This document shows, one piece after another, positions 1 to 10,307 of a stretch of 64,000 nucleotides of DNA. How positions within the stretch are numbered: position 1 is the stretch's first letter; every line of letters starts with the position of its first letter. The notes beneath the pieces were generated by a model, which saw only the letters and a program-made list of their open reading frames with translations, was not told the DNA's origin and made no database searches. The stretch covers positions 192,001 to 256,000 of the forward strand of contig OZ219801.1 in the NCBI GenBank assembly GCA_964291655.2. Reading direction: 5' to 3'. Position numbers and translations under genes: made by a program. The stretch is from Chloroflexota bacterium. Lineage in GTDB: Bacteria > Chloroflexota > UBA11872 > VXOZ01.

Positions 1-767
1 CGATGATGGGTATATTGGTTCAAGGCGCCGCGAGCCAATGCGGTGCGGCGTTCGGCCTCGTGAAACCCGTGGTCGCGAAAGCTGCGGGCAACCTCGGCGG
101 CCGCCGCATCATCCGTGCCCACCATGCCGCCCTCGCCGCCGGTGGTGAATATCTTGTCCTGGCAGAAGCTCCATGCGTTCACGGTGCCAAAGCTGCCCAC
201 CTTCTTGTCGCGATACGTTGCGCCGTGAGCTTGAGCGCAATCTTCGATTATAGCCAAGTTTCGCTGCCGTGCGAGGCCAAGGAGACTATCCATGTCAGCC
301 GGCAGCCCGGCAAGATGGACCGGTATGATTGCCGCTGTGCGAGACGTTATGTGCTCTGCCGCGGAGTCTACCGAGATCGTGTGGGTGTCGGGGTCAATAT
401 CCGCAAAAACCGGAACCGCGAATTGATTGGTAACTGCCGAGGCAGTGGCAATGAAACTTCGCGCAGGCACGATCACCTCATCACCCGGCTCAATTCCCGC
501 TGCCGCCATGGCCACGTGCAACGCACTCGTGCCGCTGTTCACGGCAATCGCATCGTTGACGCCCATGTAGGCGGCAAACTCCGTTTGAAACTGCCAACCC
601 ATCTCTCCGGTCCAATAGTTCACGTGGCCGGAATCCAGGACTGCCTGCACAGCTTGCTTCTCGTCATCCCAAAACACAGGCCACCGAGGAAAAGGTCGCT
701 GCTTGATGTCTCGCACAGGCGTTCCGCCGTTTACCGCGAGTTCTCGCACAACTGTCGGCTGCGCCAC
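1..767 (-). CDS. DegT/DnrJ/EryC1/StrS family PLP aminotransferase (3' end runs off the window; not in the ORF track)
   Basis: Manual minus-strand translation from GTG at 767 (GGGAGA RBS upstream): MAQPTVVRELAVNGGTPVR...AIAVNSGTSALHVAMAAAGIEPGDEVIVPARSFIATA, the family signature. The + ORF 3..788 is its antisense shadow. Confidence 0.9.
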   Translation of the reverse strand, partial: MAQPTVVRELAVNGGTPVRDIKQRPFPRWPVFWDDEKQAVQAVLDSGHVNYWTGEMGWQFQTEFAAYMGVNDAIAVNSGTSALHVAMAAAGIEPGDEVIVPARSFIATASAVTNQFAVPVFADIDPDTHTISVDSAAEHITSRTAAIIPVHLAGLPADMDSLLGLARQRNLAIIEDCAQAHGATYRDKKVGSFGTVNAWSFCQDKIFTTGGEGGMVGTDDAAAAEVARSFRDHGFHEAERRTALARGALNQYTHH

Positions 768-945
768 TACTGTTTCTCCCTCTTGTAGTATGACCTACTA
801 CCCTCTAGCTCTCGTAATCGACTGCATCTTCGGTGCTCCTGCAATCTCACGTCATCCCAGTATTGACAGGCGGATCCAATGGGTGTGAGACAATCAGCTC
901 ATGGTATGTCGACTAAAGACTGTGCGTTGCCAGCACACGGATTGG

Positions 946-2970
946 CTACGCGCACAGCGTACGCCAATGTCGCAAGATTTCGGCCACACTCCAAGCCTGC
1001 GCATAGCAGCCGCGAGGCGCGTGGGGCGCATCGCCATCGAATATTTCGCTCACGGTGCCGAGCGCACCGGTTGCCACCTGATCTACAAACTCTCTGAGCT
1101 GTGCGCCTGCGGCAGCTTGATCGTCATTGTAGCGCACAATTGCGTCGAGATACGGCCCAATCAGCCAGCCCCAGACCGTGCCGTTATGGTAGCCGCCCTC
1201 CCTCTCCCAGAGAGATCCGCCGTAGTGCCCCCGATACTGTTCATCTCCAGGCGCAAGCGATCGCAGGCCAACGGGGGTGACCAGGTTTTCCGCTACGACG
1301 GACAGGATACTCTGCCCCTGGTCGGATGGCACGAGCGTGTTGGGCAAACTAAGCGCAAGAACCTGATTGGGTCTCAGCGCGGGATCATCTCCATCCGGCC
1401 CATCGACTACGTCGAAAAGATAGCCCCCCTCCTCATGCCAGAAGCGACGCATGAAGTGTTGCTCTATCGTTGCCCGCCATTGCGGGATGTCGCCGAGCGG
1501 TTCCTCGGCCGCATTGCACCAGCGCTCGAGCAGGCAGAGCGCATTGTACCAGAGGGCCTGGACTTCCACGGGTTTGCCGATGCGAGGAGTGGGCAGCCAA
1601 TCACCAGCCTTAACGTCCATCCATGTCAATTGGACCCCCGGTTCCCCCGCCCAAACGAGACCATCCGCCGGATCAACGTGAATGTTGTAGCGGGTGCCAT
1701 GGTAATAATGGTGGACGATGTCTCTGAGCACGGGCAGGAGTTCACTAAGCAGGTCTCCGTCCAGCGTTGTCTCCAAGTACGCGTGCAGCGCTTGAAAGTA
1801 CCACAGTGTGGCGTCCACTGTGTTGTACTCGGGCTCCTCACCAACGTCCGGGAAGCGGTTGGGAATCATGCCCTCACTCACATAAGCGGCGAAAGTACGG
1901 AGTAAGCCTTTCGCAGCATCTGAGCGATTCGTCGCGAGCGCAAGCCCCGGCAGACTGATCATGGCATCCCGACCCCAGTCACCAAACCATGGATAGCCGG
2001 CGATGACGGTGAGCGAGCGGTCTCCCGCGGCAAGGGATCGCTCCACTAAGAACTGATCGGCGGCAATGACCAACTGCGCCCCTGCCGGGTCGGCAAGCGG
2101 ATCAATAGCAGCCTGTTGCAGGAGGGCTTCCGTGCGATTCTGCTCTCTGTTCAAGGCGCTTGACGAGTCTCGATCGATGTCTTCGGGTAGCTCGACGCTT
2201 GCGATGAGACACATGCTTGCGCCGGGTGCAAGTTTCACCGTGCAATCGAGGGGATGATAGAGGTCCTCCATGAAGTCAAGGGCGCGCGCACGTTCAACAC
2301 GGTAGACGTAATTCCAATACCACTCTTCTGCCAATTCAAACGTGGCATCCTGGCTGCACAAGAGCTGAAGCGGCGGCTCGTCCTGACCAGTCGCGGTCTG
2401 CGACGCAGTCGCATCCTGCGGGGGACGCGAAATCGTGACGTGGTTGGCATCGTGGAGGGTGACGTCGGGGCGCAGTTGGTCACAGCCGCGCATCAGTGAA
2501 TGAAAGTCGCGTTGGGCCGTGAATAGTCGCGTCGTCACCGCAAGAGGCGCAGTGCCGGCTACATGGGCATACCTAATGTAGGTGGTGTTTTGGCCATGCT
2601 CCATCCAGATGTGTTTCTCAAGTAAAGATTCTCCTACGCGATAGCGGAATACCGGCACTTGACCCTCAAGGTGCACAGAATCCAAGAGCGCGAAGCCTTG
2701 GGGATGAATGACATCCGGGTGATACTCGTTGGCGCCGATTTCGTAAGTCTGGTCACCAACGGTCACTGTCTCGTCGACCTTCGCTAAGAGCACCGAGCGC
2801 CCGAGGGGCGGATTCAAAGCTGCCACCAGCAAACCATGGTACCTGCGGGTATTGATGCCCGTTACCGTACCGCTGGCGTAGCCGCCGATGCCGTTCGAAA
2901 CCAACCATTCCCGTTGGATCGCTGAGTCCAGATCGTGGAGCACAGTGGTTTCGAGCGAATTAAACCCCAT
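946..2970 (-). CDS. Glycogen debranching enzyme, archaeal type (amylo-alpha-1,6-glucosidase)
   Basis: EWLVSNGIGGYASGT...TRRYHGLL N-terminal domain; IAGYPWFGDWGRD, QLTWMD, LRPNQ, YHNGTVW and QAWSVAE motifs. Confidence 0.92.
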   Translation of the reverse strand: MGFNSLETTVLHDLDSAIQREWLVSNGIGGYASGTVTGINTRRYHGLLVAALNPPLGRSVLLAKVDETVTVGDQTYEIGANEYHPDVIHPQGFALLDSVHLEGQVPVFRYRVGESLLEKHIWMEHGQNTTYIRYAHVAGTAPLAVTTRLFTAQRDFHSLMRGCDQLRPDVTLHDANHVTISRPPQDATASQTATGQDEPPLQLLCSQDATFELAEEWYWNYVYRVERARALDFMEDLYHPLDCTVKLAPGASMCLIASVELPEDIDRDSSSALNREQNRTEALLQQAAIDPLADPAGAQLVIAADQFLVERSLAAGDRSLTVIAGYPWFGDWGRDAMISLPGLALATNRSDAAKGLLRTFAAYVSEGMIPNRFPDVGEEPEYNTVDATLWYFQALHAYLETTLDGDLLSELLPVLRDIVHHYYHGTRYNIHVDPADGLVWAGEPGVQLTWMDVKAGDWLPTPRIGKPVEVQALWYNALCLLERWCNAAEEPLGDIPQWRATIEQHFMRRFWHEEGGYLFDVVDGPDGDDPALRPNQVLALSLPNTLVPSDQGQSILSVVAENLVTPVGLRSLAPGDEQYRGHYGGSLWEREGGYHNGTVWGWLIGPYLDAIVRYNDDQAAAGAQLREFVDQVATGALGTVSEIFDGDAPHAPRGCYAQAWSVAEILRHWRTLCA

Positions 2971-3216
2971 AGACAGGTCACATTTCTCGGAAGAGCGCGT
3001 AGGTCCGAAGCTAAGGGACGCTGTGCAGGCAGTATAACAGGAGCTGCGCAGCCGACTTGCTGAGGCCTGGGTACAACGAGAGCGCGGCGTGGACTACTCG
3101 ATCATATCGAACGTGGGTTAGACTTAGGCAGCAATCCAATTCGCGGCAAGACTGATCGAGGAATGCGACTACTCGATAGTAAAATCGAACTTGGTGTATT
3201 GTCCGGATGCGCTGGG

Positions 3217-3289
3217 TGCCGAGAGCCGGGATCGAACCGGCGACACCAGGATTTTCAGTCCTGTGCTCTACCGACTGAGCTATCTCGGC
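3217..3289 (-). tRNA. tRNA-Phe(GAA)
   Basis: GCCGAGATAGCTCAGTCGGTAGAGCA-CAGGA-CTGAAAA-TCCTG...GGTTCGATCCC...CTCGGCA; followed by CCC rather than CCA. Confidence 0.95.
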
Positions 3290-3296
3290 AGCAGAT

Positions 3297-3373
3297 TGGT
3301 GGGCGATGCAGGACTCGAACCTGCGGCCTCTACTTTGTAAGAGTAGCGCTCTAACCAGCTGAGCTAATCACCC
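3297..3373 (-). tRNA. tRNA-Val(TAC)
   Basis: GGGTGATTAGCTCAGCTGGTTAGAGCG-CTACT-CTTACAA-AGTAG...GGTTCGAGTCC...CGCCCACCA. Confidence 0.95.
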
Positions 3374-3383
3374 ACGCAAACCG

Positions 3384-3412
3384 ATTGTATCATCGCCAAA
3401 GACGAGATTCAA
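3384..3412 (-). promoter_or_regulatory. Sigma70-type promoter for the tRNA-Val/tRNA-Phe pair
   Basis: TTGAAT-17 nt-TACAAT with an extended TG, about 10 nt upstream of tRNA-Val. Confidence 0.7.
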
Positions 3413-3749
3413 TGAAGCTGATTGACAAGCAAGTGAAAGTTAGAGACTGTAGCGCTGCGCCATTGCGCGCTAGCAATATCCAATTTCCGTCCGCAGAGAA
3501 ACGCGTCAATCGTCCTCTTTGCATGCAGCATTCTGCTAGCTATCATTGTGCGGTTGGTGGGAAATGCTGTCAGTGCGTATCGTGGAAGCACGGCACCACA
3601 CAAGGTGGAGCTACCGAAGCGAATTAGTCGATGCGGCAAGCGGGTGACGGGTTGCGAATTCCAGTTCCTTTAAGACTGCGCCAATAGACAGGAAAGTCAT
3701 TCAAGAATCGTCCGTTTTGCCCACGGTGGAATTGTAGAGAATTGTCCTC

Positions 3750-3778
3750 TTGACGCACCCATTACCCTCCGCTATCAT
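3750..3778 (+). promoter_or_regulatory. Sigma70-type promoter upstream of gltB
   Basis: TTGACG-17 nt-TATCAT. Confidence 0.65.
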
Positions 3779-3829
3779 TAACGAAACCTACCGTAGTCAC
3801 GCAGCTTGGAGCGCGCTTATTGGGGGTGT

Positions 3830-3858
3830 GAGGAACTCCAAAGTGGAGTCCCTCTTTT
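3830..3858 (+). terminator. Terminator-like hairpin inside the gltB leader
   Basis: GAGGAACTCCA-aag-TGGAGTCCCTC (10 of 11 pairs) followed by TTTT. Confidence 0.45.
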
Positions 3859-3948
3859 CATGTTTAAGGGACAAATTTGTGTTGCGCATTCGTTGCGTGC
3901 CTTGCGACATTGCCTCCGATGAATTCGATTCTCCTTGAGAAACAATCT

Positions 3949-6900
3949 ATGAGCCTATCGATTAGTCCAGATTCAGATTCGCCCGTTCAGTCAACGCAAC
4001 CTGCCGGCCTCTATCGTCCTGAGTTTGAGTTCGACTCCTGCGGCGTCGGTTTCGTCGCCAGCATCTCAGGTATACCCGATAACAAAGTACTGCAAACGGC
4101 GATAGATTCCGTAGTTGGGTTGAGCCATCGCGGTGCGGTATCTGCCGATGGGCGTACCGGCGATGGCGCAGGCATTCTCACGCAGATCCCACGTCGGCTG
4201 GTGCAACGGGAGCTGGCAGCAAGAGAGATCTTCCATGTCTCCTCTTCCGATGTTGGCATCGGTATGGTCTATCTCCCGCAAGCCGGCGCTACGACGAACG
4301 CACAGGCCGTTGAGATCGTCAACAATGTCCTTGAGGAACTTGGAATTTCACTGCTGACATGGCGCCCCGTGCCGGTGGACGTGTCTGCCCTGGGTGTAAT
4401 TGCGGCGCAAAGCGCTCCGGACATCTGGCAAGTCTTGGTACAACGCCCGGATGGCATGGACGACATCGCCTTCGAACGTGCGCTCTATGTTGCGAGAAGG
4501 TCCATTCAAGGCGCTGCCAACCGCGCAGGCATTGACGAACTCTACCTGCCTTCGTTCTCCCACCGAACTGTCGTCTACAAGGCGCTGATAATTGCGGCTC
4601 AACTCCCCGAATTCTACCAAGACCTTAAGGACCCAGACTACGAGACGGCCCTGGCCGTATTTCATCAACGCTACAGCAGCAATACATTCCCCACGTGGCA
4701 ATTGGCCCAGCCCTTCCGGCTGCTTGCGCACAATGGCGAGATAAACACATTGTGGGGCAATCGCAATTGGACACGCGCCCGTGAGCAGAGCATGATCGCA
4801 GCGGCGTGGGACGAGCGCGTGGGGGCGGGGATTCCCTTCATCGAACCCGACGGCAGTGATTCCGCGTCTTTGGACAATCTTGCGGAGCTCATCTACCTTT
4901 CCGGCCGAGACATCTTGCACACGCTTGCCATGATGATGCCGGAGGCATGGGAAAACAACGAGGACATGGATCCGGACCTTCGGGCCTTCCATGCGTACCA
5001 TGCCGGCGTTACAGAACCTTGGGAAGGGCCTGCGTCGCTTGCCTTCACCGACGGCCGCATTGCCGCCGCCTGCTTAGACCGCATTGGCCTACGACCGGCC
5101 CGATACAAAGTTACGCGGTCCGGCATGGTCATCCTGGCATCGGAAGCAAGCGCTTCAGTCGTACCCGATTCCGAGGTCATCGAAAAAGGTCGGCTAGGTC
5201 CCGGCGAAATGTTGGCCGTGGATACGGAAAACAAGTGTCTCTTGACCGATAAAGACATCAAGGAGCGGCTGGCCAAGAGGGCCCCCTACCGCACCTGGCT
5301 CAGTGAACAACGAAAGCGCGCGCAAGATTCTGTGCCGAAACTTGAGGACAGTCTTGACTTCGATCAAGATAGCCTGGGCACGTTGCACCGCGTTTTCGGT
5401 TACAGCAACGAAGAATTGCGCGTCGTGCTCGATCCCATGGGTAAAGAGGGCAAAGACGCTGTCTGGTCCATGGGCAATGACATTCCGCTGGCGGTGCTTT
5501 CCTCACAGCCGCGTTCATTCTTCAACTATTTCAAACAGAGGTTTGCACAGGTAACGAATCCACCGATAGACTCGCTTCGCGAATCTCTCGTTATGTCGCT
5601 GCGGAGCTACATTGGCGGCCGTGGCAACTTGCTCATTGAGAGTCCCGAACACGCCCACCTATTGGAGTACGATAGTCCTCTGCTCGATCACGGCCAGTTT
5701 AGGGATCTCGTGCACCAATATGATTCTTCATTTTCTTCCATCATGCTCTCTACGCTCTACCCGGTTGCCCAAGGGCAGGCCGGTATGGAAGAAGCTCTGA
5801 GCAGGCTATGCCGGCACGCAGAGAAGAGCATTGATAATGGGCGTACCGTCCTGATTCTCAGTGACCTTGGCGTGGGCGTCGATCATGCGCCAATTCCGAT
5901 TCTCCTCGCTGCTTCCGCCGTGCATCAACACCTTGCCCGCGCCCGCAAGCGCATGCAAGCCAGCATCGTGGTTGAAAGCGGCGAAGTGTGGGATATCCAT
6001 CATTTTGCCTGTCTGCTGGGGCATGGCGTTGGATTCGTGTACCCCTACCTGGCGTTGGAGACTATCCGCCATATAGCTGAGACCGACCGTAGGCAGACCG
6101 TGGATCCCCTTACAGCATGGCAAAATTACCGCACGGCAGTCGATGACGGGCTGCTGAAAATCATGTCCAAGATGGGCATCTGCACGCTGAGCGGGTATCG
6201 TGGCGCGCAGATTTTCGAAATCGTCGGCCTGAATAGCCGATTATCAAGCTACTACTTTACCGGCACGCCTTCCCGCATCGAGGGACTCGGCCTCGGGGAA
6301 ATTGCGGCGGAAGTTGCCAACCGCCATGTTGAAGCGTTTGCTGAGAGAAAGAACGGCAGACTGCCTGACTACGGCCTCTATCGCTTTAGGCGCAATGGCG
6401 AGTTTCACGCATACAGTCCCGCCACAGTAAAAGCGCTCCAGCAGGCCGCGCTCACGGGAGACAGGGAAGACTACCGGCGCTATGCCGAGATGGTGCACAC
6501 GCGGCCGCCAACGAGCCTGCGCGACTTACTCGAGTTCGCGCCGAGCGGTCCCATTCCCCTCGAAGAGGTCGAGCCGGTAGAGTCAATTCGGCGCAGGTTT
6601 ACAACCCAGGCAATGTCGCTCGGCGCACTCTCACCGGAGGCCCACAAAGCCATTGCGATTGCCATGAACCGCATAGGAGGCAGAAGCAATACCGGCGAAG
6701 GCGGGGAAGACCCGCAGTGGTACAAGCCACTGCCGAACGGCGAATCTGCAAACTGCGCGGTAAAGCAGGTGGCCAGCGCGCGCTTTGGGGTAACCACAGA
6801 GTACCTCGTGCGAGCTCGTGAGCTTGAAATCAAGATGGCCCAAGGCTCGAAGCCGGGTGAAGGCGGCCAACTGCCAGGCTTCAAGGTCACGCCATTTATC

Positions 6901-8496
6901 GCGAGAATTCGCCATGCCATTCCCGGCATTCCGCTCATCTCGCCACCACCCCATCACGACATCTATTCGATCGAGGACATTGCCCAGCTAATATACGATT
7001 TGAAGCAGGTGAATCCACGGGCGCACGTTGGCGTAAAGCTTGTCTCAGAGGCTGGTGTCGGCACCGTGGCAGTTGGCGTAGCCAAGGCCTACGCGGACTA
7101 CGTGCTCATATCGGGACAGGATGGCGGCACGGGTGCCTCGCCATTGAGTTCCATCAAGAATGGCGGCTTGCCCTGGGAACTGGGTCTGGCCGAAACCCAG
7201 CAGACCCTCGTGCGCAATAACCTTCGCTCGCGCATCCGCGTGCGCGTGGACGGCGGCTTCAAGACCGGTCGCGATGTAGTGGTCGGAGCGATGCTTGGCG
7301 GCGAAGAGTTCGGGTTTGCCACTGGCAGTTTGGTGGCGATCGGCTGCGACATGGCGCGCCAGTGCCACCTGAATACCTGCCCCACCGGCGTTGCCACACA
7401 GCGGGAGGACTTGCGTGAGAAATTCACCGGCACACCGGAGATGCTCGTCAATTACATGACGCTGATCGCCGGGGAAGTGCGCGAGATTCTGGCTAGCCTG
7501 GGCTTTCGCACGCTGGATGAGGTTATCGGGCGAACCGACATGCTCCGCCAACGAGAACTCTCCGAGGAATCCAAAGCAAATACTATAGACCTTCTTCCTC
7601 TCTTGGCCGATGTCGACCCAGACAGGGCCCTCCCTCGCTCTTCCCAACAGGAGTGGAATAACCTCTCTGGCTCCACGCTCGATGACGTGATCTTGCAGGA
7701 TGCCGCCAGCGGCATTGCTGGTGAGCGAAGGGTAAGTCTTGAGTATAAAGTGCAGAACGACATGCGCAGCATCGGTGCTCGGGTCGCGGGGGCTATTGCT
7801 GACAAGCACAGCGATGCCGGCCTCAGCGCAGGATCAGTCGCGTTGAATTTCGACGGCAGCGCCGGTCAGTCCTTTGGCGCCTTCTGCGTGCCCGGCATGA
7901 CGTTGACCCTGCACGGCGAGGCCCAAGACTATGTTGGCAAGTGCATGACCGGCGGCGAAATCGTCATTGCTCCTTCACCACAGGCCAACATGCCCCCAGA
8001 CAAGAACGTCCTCATAGGCAATACCTGTCTCTATGGGGCCACTGGCGGTTCTCTTTTTGTAGCCGGTCAAGCCGGGGAGCGATTTGCCGTGCGCAACAGC
8101 GGTGCGGAAGCGGTAGTAGAGGGCGCAGGGGACCACTGCTGCGAGTATATGACCCGAGGTGTTGTGGCCGTTCTAGGAGAATTAGGGTACAACTTTGGGG
8201 CGGGCATGGCGGCCGGCATCGCCTTCGTGCTGGATGAGCATAACAGTTTCTCTCGTCGGTATAATCCGGAAATGGTGGACATCGAACCTCTGACAGACGG
8301 AGAAGATATCAGTACGCTGCGCCACCTGCTGGAGCGACATGTTGCCGTAACCGGCAGTCCTCGCGGCAAGGCAATCCTGGACGACTTTGGCCACTACCTG
8401 CCCAAGTTTTGGAAAGTGTTCCCGAAACCGCTCCGAGCATTGATGGAACAAGACGTAGATGTAGAATCACAGGTCGAGGCCGGGGCAGCAGGCTGA
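3949..8496 (+). CDS. gltB: Glutamate synthase large subunit (ORF extends to 3877; ATG 3949 is the likelier start)
   Basis: DSCGVGF Ntn cysteine, AHNGEINT, FAQVTNPP, EIKMAQGSKPGEGGQLPG, GCDMARQCHLNTCPTG [3Fe-4S] loop and C-terminal GXGXG helix. Confidence 0.97.
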   Translation: MSLSISPDSDSPVQSTQPAGLYRPEFEFDSCGVGFVASISGIPDNKVLQTAIDSVVGLSHRGAVSADGRTGDGAGILTQIPRRLVQRELAAREIFHVSSSDVGIGMVYLPQAGATTNAQAVEIVNNVLEELGISLLTWRPVPVDVSALGVIAAQSAPDIWQVLVQRPDGMDDIAFERALYVARRSIQGAANRAGIDELYLPSFSHRTVVYKALIIAAQLPEFYQDLKDPDYETALAVFHQRYSSNTFPTWQLAQPFRLLAHNGEINTLWGNRNWTRAREQSMIAAAWDERVGAGIPFIEPDGSDSASLDNLAELIYLSGRDILHTLAMMMPEAWENNEDMDPDLRAFHAYHAGVTEPWEGPASLAFTDGRIAAACLDRIGLRPARYKVTRSGMVILASEASASVVPDSEVIEKGRLGPGEMLAVDTENKCLLTDKDIKERLAKRAPYRTWLSEQRKRAQDSVPKLEDSLDFDQDSLGTLHRVFGYSNEELRVVLDPMGKEGKDAVWSMGNDIPLAVLSSQPRSFFNYFKQRFAQVTNPPIDSLRESLVMSLRSYIGGRGNLLIESPEHAHLLEYDSPLLDHGQFRDLVHQYDSSFSSIMLSTLYPVAQGQAGMEEALSRLCRHAEKSIDNGRTVLILSDLGVGVDHAPIPILLAASAVHQHLARARKRMQASIVVESGEVWDIHHFACLLGHGVGFVYPYLALETIRHIAETDRRQTVDPLTAWQNYRTAVDDGLLKIMSKMGICTLSGYRGAQIFEIVGLNSRLSSYYFTGTPSRIEGLGLGEIAAEVANRHVEAFAERKNGRLPDYGLYRFRRNGEFHAYSPATVKALQQAALTGDREDYRRYAEMVHTRPPTSLRDLLEFAPSGPIPLEEVEPVESIRRRFTTQAMSLGALSPEAHKAIAIAMNRIGGRSNTGEGGEDPQWYKPLPNGESANCAVKQVASARFGVTTEYLVRARELEIKMAQGSKPGEGGQLPGFKVTPFIARIRHAIPGIPLISPPPHHDIYSIEDIAQLIYDLKQVNPRAHVGVKLVSEAGVGTVAVGVAKAYADYVLISGQDGGTGASPLSSIKNGGLPWELGLAETQQTLVRNNLRSRIRVRVDGGFKTGRDVVVGAMLGGEEFGFATGSLVAIGCDMARQCHLNTCPTGVATQREDLREKFTGTPEMLVNYMTLIAGEVREILASLGFRTLDEVIGRTDMLRQRELSEESKANTIDLLPLLADVDPDRALPRSSQQEWNNLSGSTLDDVILQDAASGIAGERRVSLEYKVQNDMRSIGARVAGAIADKHSDAGLSAGSVALNFDGSAGQSFGAFCVPGMTLTLHGEAQDYVGKCMTGGEIVIAPSPQANMPPDKNVLIGNTCLYGATGGSLFVAGQAGERFAVRNSGAEAVVEGAGDHCCEYMTRGVVAVLGELGYNFGAGMAAGIAFVLDEHNSFSRRYNPEMVDIEPLTDGEDISTLRHLLERHVAVTGSPRGKAILDDFGHYLPKFWKVFPKPLRALMEQDVDVESQVEAGAAG

Positions 8497-8821
8497 CGGC
8501 AACTAGCCAAGTGCGCCTTCCTCCGGGGTTTTGCGGGCAGCCCAGTATTTTGCCTTAGGACTGAGCCGGAGTGCTCTCCTGCTTTTCTTGCGCATTCTTC
8601 TGCGGCAAGGGCCGTGCAGCCCCGGTTGGCATAGTCTTTTTGCGGCATGCCCATCCAGCCCGCACCACGAAGTTCAGACTGACACACACGCCCTTTCTTG
8701 GGCAAGTCAAACGGTTCTGTGCTACAATATGAGCGGCATGTGTACGCTAGCAAGCAGACGCAAAGAGGCCACGTAGCTGAGTCCCAAAATCAACGCAATG
8801 GAAACGTGAGGCTGTCCCCCA

Positions 8822-10018
8822 ATGGAAGGAATCGAGTACCGTGAGATGCAGCCAGACGATGTTTTCAGCGCGTTAGCACTCCGAAATGAGGTTTTCCCAG
8901 ACGCACCGGTAGCACAGGAAAACTGGGAACAAGATGAAATGCTGGCATCCATCGCCGTTCTCGAAGGAGAGGTGGTAGGTGCCATTCCCCTGGTACTGCG
9001 CGAGACAGTTATCGCGCCCGGCGTGACGATCACGGCAGCATTTGAGAATTCAGTGGGCACGCGTGAAGAGCTCCGCAGCCAAGGCATCGGCACGGGCATG
9101 ATTGAGAGTGCACGCGAATTCCTGACCGGCCGCGCCGATGCCCTTTTTGTCTATCGTGGCGATGAGCGTAGCGACGGATACCGCTTCTATGCCACCACCA
9201 ACCACTACGACCTACTCTATTCGCGCCACTATGGCTATGGCTCGCCGGAGACCAGTTACCTGCCGCCCGGTGTTACCTTAGCCGGCAAAGAATCCATCTA
9301 CCTCAACATGGAACGCCTGGAAGCGATATTCGATAGCACCTACGGACGATTTGGCGGCTACCCGCAGCGCCGAGGGGACTATTGGCAACGTGCGCTGGCT
9401 TCCTCGATTTACACGGAGTTTCCCACCGACATCTCTTTTGTTCATATCATTCAAAGCGATGAACTCTTGGGGTATGCAATTTGTGGCGCCCGCACAACTC
9501 GGCACGACGGCATGGCAAATGTGCTGGAGATGGCAACGCTCGGGGGAGATCTGAGCATCGCTCAGCGTATTCTCACAGGTATTGCGTCTGTTGCCGGCGA
9601 ACGCAAGCTGGGCGTGGACATGCAGGCGTCTGACGAAGACCCTTTCCTACCTCTTTACCAGTCGAACGGCTTCATTCCGGAATCCCGCGGTACGATCATC
9701 ATGGGGCAAGTCATCGACGTTCCCAGCTTCTTTGAAAAGCACTGGAGCGAGCGCTTCGACATTTACAACACGGCGCTCGTCGTTTCCACGCCGAAGGATG
9801 ACTACACGCTCATCGAGCCAGAGACACGTCAGTGTACTCTGACGTTGGAGATGAAAGAAGAGTCGCTTCACCGTTGGCTGCTCGGCCGGCTGGACCTGCG
9901 CGCACGCCTCTCCGAGGGAAGCGTGACCGCGTATGGCGCAAATGGCCCAGTAATCGAGCGGGTCTGCGACGCAATTACTTTCTCGCCGTGGGCGTACCAC
10001 TTTATTGACTGGATTTAG
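8822..10018 (+). CDS. GNAT family N-acetyltransferase, Eis-like (tandem GNAT plus SCP2-like C-terminus)
   Basis: VGTREELRSQGIGTGM acetyl-CoA motif A followed by FY; about 400 aa, the size of Eis. Confidence 0.75.
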   Translation: MEGIEYREMQPDDVFSALALRNEVFPDAPVAQENWEQDEMLASIAVLEGEVVGAIPLVLRETVIAPGVTITAAFENSVGTREELRSQGIGTGMIESAREFLTGRADALFVYRGDERSDGYRFYATTNHYDLLYSRHYGYGSPETSYLPPGVTLAGKESIYLNMERLEAIFDSTYGRFGGYPQRRGDYWQRALASSIYTEFPTDISFVHIIQSDELLGYAICGARTTRHDGMANVLEMATLGGDLSIAQRILTGIASVAGERKLGVDMQASDEDPFLPLYQSNGFIPESRGTIIMGQVIDVPSFFEKHWSERFDIYNTALVVSTPKDDYTLIEPETRQCTLTLEMKEESLHRWLLGRLDLRARLSEGSVTAYGANGPVIERVCDAITFSPWAYHFIDWI

Positions 10019-10307
10019 CGCCAAGACCCAAGCACGCAATTGATGGATGTTTCGCGCTCTGTCCGTCAGTCCATACACCCAGGATTCGGCTGTCGAGACG
10101 AGATGGCATGGAGGGCAGCGACTTTCACGCTCGACGGGCCAGGTGCTTGGAGCGTCTCAGTTGTACCCAGAAACCGGCGGAAACGTGCCGGTATCCGATG
10201 GGGTACGATTGCCGCCACTTCCCGGTATCCACCCTGCGTTGCATCCTGCATAGGACGTGAATTAGTGTGATCGACGAACCTTCTATGAGGAACCTGAGGT
10301 CCGACCC

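Noticed and set aside
3-788. 261-aa + strand ORF
   Set aside because: Antisense shadow of the minus-strand DegT-family gene, which carries the real motifs and RBS
901-1905. Long antisense ORFs (also 23519..24436, 45108..46145, 56013..57149)
   Set aside because: Codon-aligned shadows of well-supported genes in GC-rich DNA; no motifs
3217-3373. tRNA-anchored genomic island (also tRNA-Pro at 55085)
   Set aside because: No duplicated tRNA 3' end or adjacent integrase seen; non-encoded CCA ends are ordinary
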